Position numbers and translations under genes: made by a program. The notes under the pieces were generated by a model. The model was not told the origin of the DNA, did not search any database, and worked only from the letters and a program-made list of their open reading frames with translations. Source: Candidatus Latescibacterota bacterium (GTDB taxonomy: Bacteria > Krumholzibacteriota > Krumholzibacteriia > WVZY01). From it: a stretch of DNA of 64,000 nt. The DNA lies in contig CAWBQK010000011.1 in NCBI GenBank assembly GCA_963791045.1, positions 32,001 to 96,000 of the forward strand. The letters are read 5' to 3'. This document shows positions 56,504 through 64,000 of the stretch, one piece after another. Each line of letters opens with the position of its first letter. Position 1 is the first letter of the stretch.

Positions 56504-57928
56504 TTGGGCAAAAATAGCACATCAACTCTCGACGGTAAAACGGTCGTCCTGGACGACGCCGTCGTCGAAGAGTTCAAAGGTCAAATCGCCGGGACGGTTT
56601 TCGAACCCGGTGACGAGGGATACGACGACGCCAGGCAAATATGGAACGCGATGATCGACAAGCGACCGTCGTACATCGTTCGCTGCAGCGGTGTGGCGGA
56701 TGTGATGCGCTCGGTCGCATTCGCGCGTCAACACGGCCTTCTCACCGCGGTTCGCAGTGGCGGACACAATATCGCCGGGAACGCGATATGCGATGACGGA
56801 TTGGTGATCGACCTGTCAGCGATGAATACCGTACGCATCGACCCATCGGCTCGACGCGCGCACGTCGGCCCCGGTGCCAGCCTGGGCGACTTCGATCACG
56901 AAGCGCAGGCGTTTGCGCTCGCCACCCCTTTGGGAATCAACTCGACGACGGGTGTGGCCGGCCTGACGCTCGGCGGCGGTTTTGGTTGGCTCAGCCGAAA
57001 GTACGGAATTACCGCTGACAATCTGGTAGCCGCCGATGTGGTAACCGCCGACGGCAAATTCGTCACCGCTAGCGAGACCGAGAACCCGGACCTTTTCTGG
57101 GCGCTTCGTGGCGGCGGCGGCAACTTTGGCATCGTGACCCGTTTCGAGTTCGACCTGCATCCGGTCGGCCCCGAGGTCTTTGCCGGCCTGATCGTCTTCC
57201 CATTCGAGGAAGCCAGGAGTGTTCTGAACAAGTATCGCGAGTTTGTGCTGACACTCTCCGATGAAGCAAGCGTATGGGTGGTGCTCCGCAAGGCGCCGCC
57301 GCTTCCGTTCCTTCCCGAGGATGTTCACGGCAAGGAAGTTGTTGTGCTTGCCGTCTGTCACGCTGGCGATCCTGCCGAGGCAGAGAAGACATTTGCGCCT
57401 CTTCGTGGTTTCGGAACTGCCCACGGTGAACATCTCGGTGCCATGCCCTTCAAAGCCTGGCAGGCAGCTTTCGACCCTCTGCTCACTCCGGGTGCACGCA
57501 ACTATTGGAAGTCGCACAACTTTACCGAATTGAGCGACGGCGCCCTCGACACCGTCATTGAGTACGCGGGGAAACTCCCTTCTCCCCAGTGCGAAATCTT
57601 CATAGCACAAATGGGCGGCCAGACGAATCGCGTTGAAGCGACGGCCACGGCATACGCTCATCGAGAAGCCAATTTCGTCCTGAACGTCCACGGTCGATGG
57701 GATGAGCCGGGTGAGGACGAACACTGTGTGGCGTGGTCCCGATCGTTTTTTAATGCCGCCGCGCCCTTTGCGACGGGCGGTGTCTATGTGAATTTTATGA
57801 CTGATGAGGAAACCGATCGAGTCCGGGCGGCCTACGGGCCGGCATACGATCGGCTCGCCAAGGTCAAAGCGAAGTACGACCCGGACAATTTTTTCCGTCT
57901 GAATCAGAACATTAAGGCGGGCTCGTGA
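56504..57928 (+). CDS. FAD-binding oxidoreductase (VAO/berberine bridge enzyme family)
   Basis: VRSGGHN (covalent FAD His), GVAGLTLGGG.G, LFWALRGGGGNFG, YVNF, KYDPDNFF. Confidence 0.95.
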   Translation: MGKNSTSTLDGKTVVLDDAVVEEFKGQIAGTVFEPGDEGYDDARQIWNAMIDKRPSYIVRCSGVADVMRSVAFARQHGLLTAVRSGGHNIAGNAICDDGLVIDLSAMNTVRIDPSARRAHVGPGASLGDFDHEAQAFALATPLGINSTTGVAGLTLGGGFGWLSRKYGITADNLVAADVVTADGKFVTASETENPDLFWALRGGGGNFGIVTRFEFDLHPVGPEVFAGLIVFPFEEARSVLNKYREFVLTLSDEASVWVVLRKAPPLPFLPEDVHGKEVVVLAVCHAGDPAEAEKTFAPLRGFGTAHGEHLGAMPFKAWQAAFDPLLTPGARNYWKSHNFTELSDGALDTVIEYAGKLPSPQCEIFIAQMGGQTNRVEATATAYAHREANFVLNVHGRWDEPGEDEHCVAWSRSFFNAAAPFATGGVYVNFMTDEETDRVRAAYGPAYDRLAKVKAKYDPDNFFRLNQNIKAGS

Positions 57929-58018
57929 CGTGAGCCGGGCTTGACGTTCATAAATTGATGTGTCAACTCGACACTTTTACGAACAGTGCACAACCGTAAA
58001 CAAACGGAGGTTCCAGAT

Positions 58019-58579
58019 ATGTCAGAACAGACACAGAAAATCACCAAAGTGAACGGTGTTAATGTGACCGCCATGGGCGAAACCGTCGAGGCGATTCAGG
58101 GCAAGCCGGAATTGGCGAAGTTCACGTTTCGCGCGTCCAACAAGTGGTTGACGTGTGGCAACAACCAGACGAGCGTTAAAGGATTTTACGGCGCGGGCCA
58201 GGAATTCTCGCACGTCAAGCCGTTTACGCTCGACGCAGATGAGCCCGAAGTGCTGCTGGGCGAGGGCGTGGCACCCGGGCCGGCCGATTATGTGTTGACG
58301 GCGCTCGCCGCGTGCATGGCCACATCGGTCGCGTATCATGCGGCCGCTAAGGGCATCAAAGTCGAGAGTGTCGAATCGTCGCTCGAAGGCAACATCGACC
58401 TTCACGGTTTTCTTGGCCTTTCGACCGAGGTTCCGAAGGGGTTCCAGGACATCACCGTGTCGATGAAGATCAAAAGCGATGCGACGGTCGAGCAGCTCAA
58501 GGAACTCGCCAGTATGTCACCCGTTGCCGACACATTGACGAGGGCGATTCCGGTCAAGATCAATATCGATAAGGCATAA
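58019..58579 (+). CDS. OsmC-family protein
   Basis: GGAGG RBS; DEPEVLLG..P..LTALAAC, EGNIDLHGFLG, SPV. Confidence 0.9.
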   Translation: MSEQTQKITKVNGVNVTAMGETVEAIQGKPELAKFTFRASNKWLTCGNNQTSVKGFYGAGQEFSHVKPFTLDADEPEVLLGEGVAPGPADYVLTALAACMATSVAYHAAAKGIKVESVESSLEGNIDLHGFLGLSTEVPKGFQDITVSMKIKSDATVEQLKELASMSPVADTLTRAIPVKINIDKA

Positions 58580-58737
58580 TACCGACCGAAAAATGCCGAG
58601 ATCGAATGGCAATCCGGCGTGGGTTCAAACGAGCCCGCGCCGATTGTTTTTGAACCCGTCCTCCGCCGCAATTCAATTTTGTCGCAAACCGTGCGTCCCA
58701 AATGGCGACTTCAAAAGGCCGTGTCAAAGCGAATCGA

Positions 58738-58766
58738 TTGACATCTCATCCCCGATCTGGTAAAAT
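58738..58766 (+). promoter_or_regulatory. Sigma70 promoter
   Basis: TTGACA-N17-TAAAAT with TG extended -10, 150 bp upstream of ATG 58916. Confidence 0.75.
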
Positions 58767-58915
58767 GTTCCTCCACAGTAATATACTCGGATTGGTCAGG
58801 CCCTCGAACTTCAAGTTTGCGGCACGGCACTTTGAATTCGGGGATGGGGGGTAGAGTATGTGCCTGTTGTGTATGGGCTTGTGTTTGGTCTAAGTATATG
58901 CTCAGGAGGCGGACT

Positions 58916-59641
58916 ATGAAGAAAGCAGCGATTGTTTTTGCAGTTATGTTTGCGTTAACGTTGTTCGCCGGTGCGTCCTTCGCGGGGCCACCCTTGAACG
59001 GTGACTACGATTCAGATGATATCGGGGGCCCGACCAATGTTGGTCGGTACACTGAATCGTTTGTGGCTCCAAACGGATCTCTTCTTGCCGGAACCACATT
59101 GAACGCGGAATCGTGGGACGGCATGAATCTCGGTCTTCAGTGGCGGTACTATTGCTCCACTCAGTTTGTCGATCCAATTCTTCTCATTGACACCGTCAAC
59201 TCGAGCGGCAATGGGAATCGGACCTACCAGAAGACATTTGTCGGCGGTTACATCTGGTTGAGCGGCGCCGGGCCATGGGGCAACGGAGACGCCGAATACG
59301 CCGGACCGATCGATACGTACTACGAGTTCGAAACGATTCAGTACACGAACTGGGTGCGGACTCACGCCGTCACCAATATTCAGGCGACGGCGCATTTTGA
59401 CAACTACCCGACGACCTGTATGGTCTTCTCGGTTGGCAATGGTCTTGAAATCGGCAGCACCGATTTTGGTGACGTGAAGCCGGCGACCTATCCTGATTTG
59501 CTTCAGGAAGGAACATGCGCGCCGGTTATGACAATGGGTGGCTGGTGGGATTTCTTCACCCTCACCTTGTCGATCACCGATTGTACGGTTCCGACGCAGG
59601 ACACGACGTGGGGCGCAATCAAGTCGCTTTACACGGACTAG
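58916..59641 (+). CDS. Secreted hypothetical protein with C-terminal TTWGAIKSLY motif
   Basis: AGGAGG RBS; signal peptide ending ASFA; own promoter and terminator. Confidence 0.88.
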   Translation: MKKAAIVFAVMFALTLFAGASFAGPPLNGDYDSDDIGGPTNVGRYTESFVAPNGSLLAGTTLNAESWDGMNLGLQWRYYCSTQFVDPILLIDTVNSSGNGNRTYQKTFVGGYIWLSGAGPWGNGDAEYAGPIDTYYEFETIQYTNWVRTHAVTNIQATAHFDNYPTTCMVFSVGNGLEIGSTDFGDVKPATYPDLLQEGTCAPVMTMGGWWDFFTLTLSITDCTVPTQDTTWGAIKSLYTD

Positions 59642-59700
59642 GGTAGATCGAGCTTCCGCGCCGCTGGTCCACCGTGCGGACCCTACGGCAACGGACGTTG

Positions 59701-59741
59701 AAAAAGAACCCGGCGGGCTGATCGCCCGTCGGGTTCTTTTT
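59701..59741. terminator. Intrinsic terminator
   Basis: AAAAAGAACCCGGCGGGC..GCCCGTCGGGTTCTTTTT. Confidence 0.85.
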
Positions 59742-59903
59742 GCCCCGTATTTCCATGACCAGAAGAGATGATCGAGCGCTCCCGCGACGCGGCCCGCCGG
59801 CGAGATTTCTGCATATCGGCGTAACCCGTTGCCGGTGTATTCGTATGTATTTTCAGAGGCTATACTGCGGCCGACGACCATGCCCGGTTTACAGGAGCTG
59901 CAA

Positions 59904-60815
59904 ATGCGTTCAAGAATATTCAGCTGGATTGTCTTCTCGACAATGATGTGTTGTCTGAATTCTCCGGCGGTCACAGAAGCGTGTTCGATTTTCTATCTCG
60001 CCCGCGGCGAGAAGGTTCTCGCCGGGCAGAATCAGGACGCCAATAATCCCAATTCGAAAATGTGGTTTATTCCCGCGTCGGAGGATCAGCACGGGCGTGT
60101 TTTGTTCGGTTTCGACAAGGAATACAAGATTGCCGAGAGCGGGATGAACGATCAGGGACTTTTTATCGGCGTGAATGCCCTCGACAGCGAAACGGGGTGG
60201 AAACCATCGCCGGACAAACCGGATTGGGAAGACTGGGAGGGTTGGTATGTCACGGGTGTTCCCGACGGCGTCCTCGCAAAGTGCGCGACGGTGGATGAAG
60301 CGGTGGCGATATTCGACACATATAATCTGCTGATGTTTGCAAAAGTGAAGTACCTGATCGGCGACAAGACGGGCAGGTCGGTCGTCCTCGAGTGGAGCGA
60401 GAACGGACTCCAGGTTGTTGAACGATCGGGGGATTATCAGATTTCCACCAATTTCGTGACATCGAATTTTGCGCGTGACGACTATCCGTGCGAGCGCTAT
60501 GAAATCGCCGATCGCATTTTTAGTAGTAGCGACGGCGAAGCGTCGATCGATCTGATCAGATCGGTATTGTCGGCGACGTGCTTTGAATACTTTATGTTTA
60601 CGCCGACATTGTACTCGGTTCTTTACAATATCGAGAACGGACGCTTCTACTTGAGTTTCTTTCACAATTTTGAGGAAATTATAGAGTTTGACCTCGGCGC
60701 AGAACTCGAGAAAGGCGCCGCGCGCTACCGGCTCCACGACCTGTTTTCGCAGCATTCATACGCATATGGTCTCTATTTGAAGAAAGCGGGAAAGCTCGAC
60801 CCCGCCCCTCAGTAA
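59904..60815 (+). CDS. Secreted Ntn-hydrolase (choloylglycine hydrolase/C59/C45-like)
   Basis: Signal peptide followed by CSIF (N-terminal nucleophile Cys), GQNQD, GMNDQGL, STNF, TLYS. Confidence 0.85.
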   Translation: MRSRIFSWIVFSTMMCCLNSPAVTEACSIFYLARGEKVLAGQNQDANNPNSKMWFIPASEDQHGRVLFGFDKEYKIAESGMNDQGLFIGVNALDSETGWKPSPDKPDWEDWEGWYVTGVPDGVLAKCATVDEAVAIFDTYNLLMFAKVKYLIGDKTGRSVVLEWSENGLQVVERSGDYQISTNFVTSNFARDDYPCERYEIADRIFSSSDGEASIDLIRSVLSATCFEYFMFTPTLYSVLYNIENGRFYLSFFHNFEEIIEFDLGAELEKGAARYRLHDLFSQHSYAYGLYLKKAGKLDPAPQ

Positions 60816-60958
60816 GGGCGCCCCGGCACTCCACTGTGAAAATTCGAAACATCCGCGGCTCCGGTCTTGTCCTACTGGACAACGGGCAATCCCGCGCCCA
60901 GTAATAGTGTGGTGCGGGTCCTGTCGTCCTCTCAATGTGACGTGCAAGGAGAAGAATA

Positions 60959-62176
60959 ATGCGGACATTCATAATCACGGTCGTGCTACTGGTTGCCATG
61001 GTTTCCACGTTGTACGGTGGCGAAAGTGCCACTGTCGAGCAGCGAATCAAGGCTGTTGAGAACGGGCTCATCGAATTCACGGCTCCGGCGAACATGCTCG
61101 CGCCCGCCGCGGACGGCGCCGGCACTCACGCGTTGGCGGAGAGAATGGCGCATTACAAGATCCCCGGTGTGAGTATTGCGGTCATTAACGATTTCAAGAT
61201 CGAGTGGGCAAAGGGATACGGCGTGACCTGGGTCGGTGAGGGGACGCCCGTGACAACCGGGACGCTATTCGAGGCCGCGTCGACAAGCAAGCTCGTTGTC
61301 TCCGCCATTACACTTCACTATGTCGAGAATGGACTTCTCGATCTCGATGAAGACGTAAACAAGAAGCTCAAATCGTGGAAAATCCCCGAAAATGATTTCA
61401 CCAAAAAAGAAAAGGTGACGCTTCGGCGGCTTCTGACCCACCAGGCTGGGCTCAACCGGCCCGATGGCGGGTTTTCGTGGGAAGAGGGACGCATGCCCAC
61501 ACTCGTTCAGACGCTTAGCGGCGAGGCGCCCGCGGAAAATGATCCCGCGGTTGTTGAGGTGGCTCCGGGCACGGAGTGGCGGTACTCGAACCTTGGGTAT
61601 ATCGTCATTCAACAGCTTCTCGAAGATGTGACCGGCCAGCCGTTTGCCGACATTGCGCGTGACGTGATTTTTGAGCCGCTCGGGATGACATCGAGCACGT
61701 TCAAAGTTCCTCTCGATGCGGGCGCGAAGCGGAAGAAAGCCTTGCCCCATGACCCCGAAGGATCCGCGCACGACCCCGAGATGCATGTCAACGCCGTCGC
61801 CAATGGCGGCCTGATCACGACACCCACCGATCTGGCCATCTTCACCAACGAACTGATTCTCGCCTGGCACGGGAGATCCGACCGAATACTGTCGCAAAAG
61901 ACCGCCCGCGCGATGTTCGCCAGTGAACTTGATATCGACCCGGTGGTTCTCGGTGTACCTCTGAAAGAGGGCCTTGGCGTGCTGCTCTTCGGAGACGGCG
62001 CCGCCCGGGTGTTCCTCCATCCCGGCGACAATGCCCCCGGAACGAGCAGCTGGCTCATGGGCTACCCCGAGACGGGCAACGGGATTATTGTCATGGCGAA
62101 CGGCGCAATGGGAAACCTCCTCGCGATGGAGATTGTCGCTGCCGTCATCACCACATACGCCTGGCCGGTTGATTAG
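60959..62176 (+). CDS. Serine hydrolase, beta-lactamase class C-like family
   Basis: FEAASTSK (SxxK), LLTHQAG, YSNLGY, HPGD. Confidence 0.92.
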   Translation: MRTFIITVVLLVAMVSTLYGGESATVEQRIKAVENGLIEFTAPANMLAPAADGAGTHALAERMAHYKIPGVSIAVINDFKIEWAKGYGVTWVGEGTPVTTGTLFEAASTSKLVVSAITLHYVENGLLDLDEDVNKKLKSWKIPENDFTKKEKVTLRRLLTHQAGLNRPDGGFSWEEGRMPTLVQTLSGEAPAENDPAVVEVAPGTEWRYSNLGYIVIQQLLEDVTGQPFADIARDVIFEPLGMTSSTFKVPLDAGAKRKKALPHDPEGSAHDPEMHVNAVANGGLITTPTDLAIFTNELILAWHGRSDRILSQKTARAMFASELDIDPVVLGVPLKEGLGVLLFGDGAARVFLHPGDNAPGTSSWLMGYPETGNGIIVMANGAMGNLLAMEIVAAVITTYAWPVD

Positions 62177-62484
62177 TGTCTGTTTAGGCGGAAAAACCAC
62201 GACATAGTTGATCAGCCCGGCGAAGGTTGATCCCACTCCCCTGTTTCTGCTAAAATGCGCCGTAGCTGGTGTTTCTCGCTATCCATATGCAAATATTTGT
62301 CGGCATTTCTGAAGTGTTCGGCCGATCGACCCGGACGACATCTTGCTATCGCGCGATCAGTTGCCCGTGACGCAATCGCAGGAGTTGGCTGTCACGGTTT
62401 GTTACCCACGCGAAATCAAACCGAAAAACAACCACTACCGAACACGTGTTCGGTAAAAACTCAATATCGGATTCGGAGGATCAC

Positions 62485-64000
62485 ATGAAACGATTCTCGA
62501 GCCCCGCGGGACTGCACGTGGGAATTCTGGTCTTTATGCTGGTGGCCCTGGCTGGGGTTGTTTGTTCACCGCTTGCCCAGGAGACGGCCGCACCCACCGA
62601 GGGTCAGGACCTCCTCACGGAAGTTCCCACCGACTCGCTTGGGAAGGACGCGGCAAAACTGGTCGAAAGTATCAAGCGGGCCATTGATATCGGTGATGAA
62701 GTTCAACGGAAGCTGGCCACGGCAAATTACGAGGACAGTTTGGTTTTTCGGCTCCGACTGTCGAATTTGACGATCCAGGTCATGGATGACGTTCACAAGC
62801 TGGCCGACGTTTTAATCGCGATGGAGGAGAAGGGGCCCCAGGACGAACTCAGGGCCGAGGTCGTTGAGTTGTACCGATTCGCCACGCCGAGAATCTGGCG
62901 GTACATTGACGTTCTCCGACACGAAATCGATGAGAACCGGGGGAGGAGGCATTCGACAACGGGAGCGGCGCGTCTTGCCGTCGAAGACCGGGTCGAGCTG
63001 CTCACGGATCGCCTCAACCAGGGATTCGAGATCGGACATGTTCACATCGAAAAGATGAACGAGCTCGGGCTGGACACTGCTCGGGCAACCAGTGAATTCA
63101 AAGCCGTTCTGATCGATCGGTCGCACGAGTTATCCGGTCGGATCGATCTTGCGATCGAACGGGTCGATGAACTGACCTCTCGTGTAGAGGATGCGCCGGA
63201 CGATGGAGATCTTCGCATTGAGCTCATTGCGGCGCACACGAGTCTGGACATCAACACCTCAAGCATGACGGTTGTTCTCGGTATCATGGATGCGTTCACA
63301 CTTCCGACGGCGGTTTACCGTGCCCAGTTGGTGTCGGCCACGCGCGATCTCGCGACGGGCCTGCTCGACAAGGATGTCGCGGCCGGGCTGGTGGGCCAGG
63401 CCGTGACGAGGGTCAAGGACTGGCTCGTCGATAGCGGTCCCGGATATCTCGTCAAGTTGCTGCTGGTTTTCGCGATCCTCTTTGTTTTCAGAGTCCTCGC
63501 GAGACTCGTGCGCACCGGCGTCGATCGGGCGATCGATGCGTCCAAGCTGAATGTATCGATGCTGCTCAGGCGAATGATCCTCTCGTCGGTCTCGAACGCC
63601 GTTTTTCTCCTCGGCTTGCTCATAGCTCTCTCGCAGGTCGGTTTCACGCTGGGGCCGCTTCTCGCCGGGCTCGGTGTCGCCGGTTTTATTGTGGGCTTTG
63701 CGCTCCAGGACACGTTGGGTAATTTCGCAGCCGGCATGATGATCCTGATCTATCGCCCGTACGACGTTGGTGATATGGTCGAGGTCGGCGGCGTTTTTGG
63801 AAAGGTCGATCAGATGAGTCTCGTCTCGACCACGATTCTGACGATTGACAACCAGACGATAGTCATTCCCAACAACAAGATCTGGGGCGACGTGATAAAG
63901 AACGTCACCGCCCAGGCCGTCCGCCGCGTCGACATGGTGTTTGGCATCTCGTACCACGATGACATCCAGAAAACCGAAGGGATTCTCGAGGACATTCTCC
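62485..64000 (+). CDS. MscS-family mechanosensitive channel with periplasmic N-terminal extension (frameshifted 5' part; runs off the window)
   Basis: GGAGG RBS and ATG 62485; plus-strand translation LAGLGVAGFIVGFALQDTLGNFAAG..RPYDVGD..IPNNKIWGDVIKN. Confidence 0.92.
   Translation, partial: MKRFSSPAGLHVGILVFMLVALAGVVCSPLAQETAAPTEGQDLLTEVPTDSLGKDAAKLVESIKRAIDIGDEVQRKLATANYEDSLVFRLRLSNLTIQVMDDVHKLADVLIAMEEKGPQDELRAEVVELYRFATPRIWRYIDVLRHEIDENRGRRHSTTGAARLAVEDRVELLTDRLNQGFEIGHVHIEKMNELGLDTARATSEFKAVLIDRSHELSGRIDLAIERVDELTSRVEDAPDDGDLRIELIAAHTSLDINTSSMTVVLGIMDAFTLPTAVYRAQLVSATRDLATGLLDKDVAAGLVGQAVTRVKDWLVDSGPGYLVKLLLVFAILFVFRVLARLVRTGVDRAIDASKLNVSMLLRRMILSSVSNAVFLLGLLIALSQVGFTLGPLLAGLGVAGFIVGFALQDTLGNFAAGMMILIYRPYDVGDMVEVGGVFGKVDQMSLVSTTILTIDNQTIVIPNNKIWGDVIKNVTAQAVRRVDMVFGISYHDDIQKTEGILEDIL

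Noticed and set aside
60959-62176. Antibiotic-resistance beta-lactamase
   Set aside because: Has HPG instead of KTG and general serine-hydrolase features; resistance is not supported.

Overview
The window reads as two compositionally different bacterial segments joined near 22.3-22.4 kb. Left (1-~22.3 kb): very GC-rich, with apparent frameshifts in most genes, most likely long-read indel errors. It carries mnmA, a cysteine desulfurase, TPR proteins, uppP, a DGGGP-synthase-like UbiA prenyltransferase, trpA, an MglA-like GTPase, a secreted S8 protease, recG, an FG-GAP repeat protein, dapF, a PorV-like protein and several REP-like palindromes. Right (~22.4-64 kb): visibly lower GC, with fewer frameshifts. 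It begins with a 5'-truncated CHAT-domain gene, followed by an NhaC-family transporter, a thioesterase, DUF721(DciA)-gyrB-gyrA-rex, two secreted proteins with FlgD/T9SS-like C-terminal domains (one a C25 gingipain-like protease), lipoproteins, transporters, a GIY-YIG nuclease, an SBP-histidine kinase-sigma54 regulator-TPR cluster, an FAD oxidoreductase-OsmC pair, a secreted protein ending in TWGAIK, two hydrolases and a partial MscS. Gene content suggests FCB-superphylum candidate phyla (Latescibacterota/Krumholzibacteriota/Eisenbacteria-like; inference). The most notable unexplained signal is a three-copy intergenic structured element with compensatory base changes and variable inserts (27976, 33415, 51236). 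Other highlights are a sigma54-type enhancer layout next to one copy, Rex-like and FNR-like operators at 56.3-56.4 kb, and a lipoprotein carrying a pilin-like domain. No rRNA, tRNA, CRISPR array or transposase was recognised.
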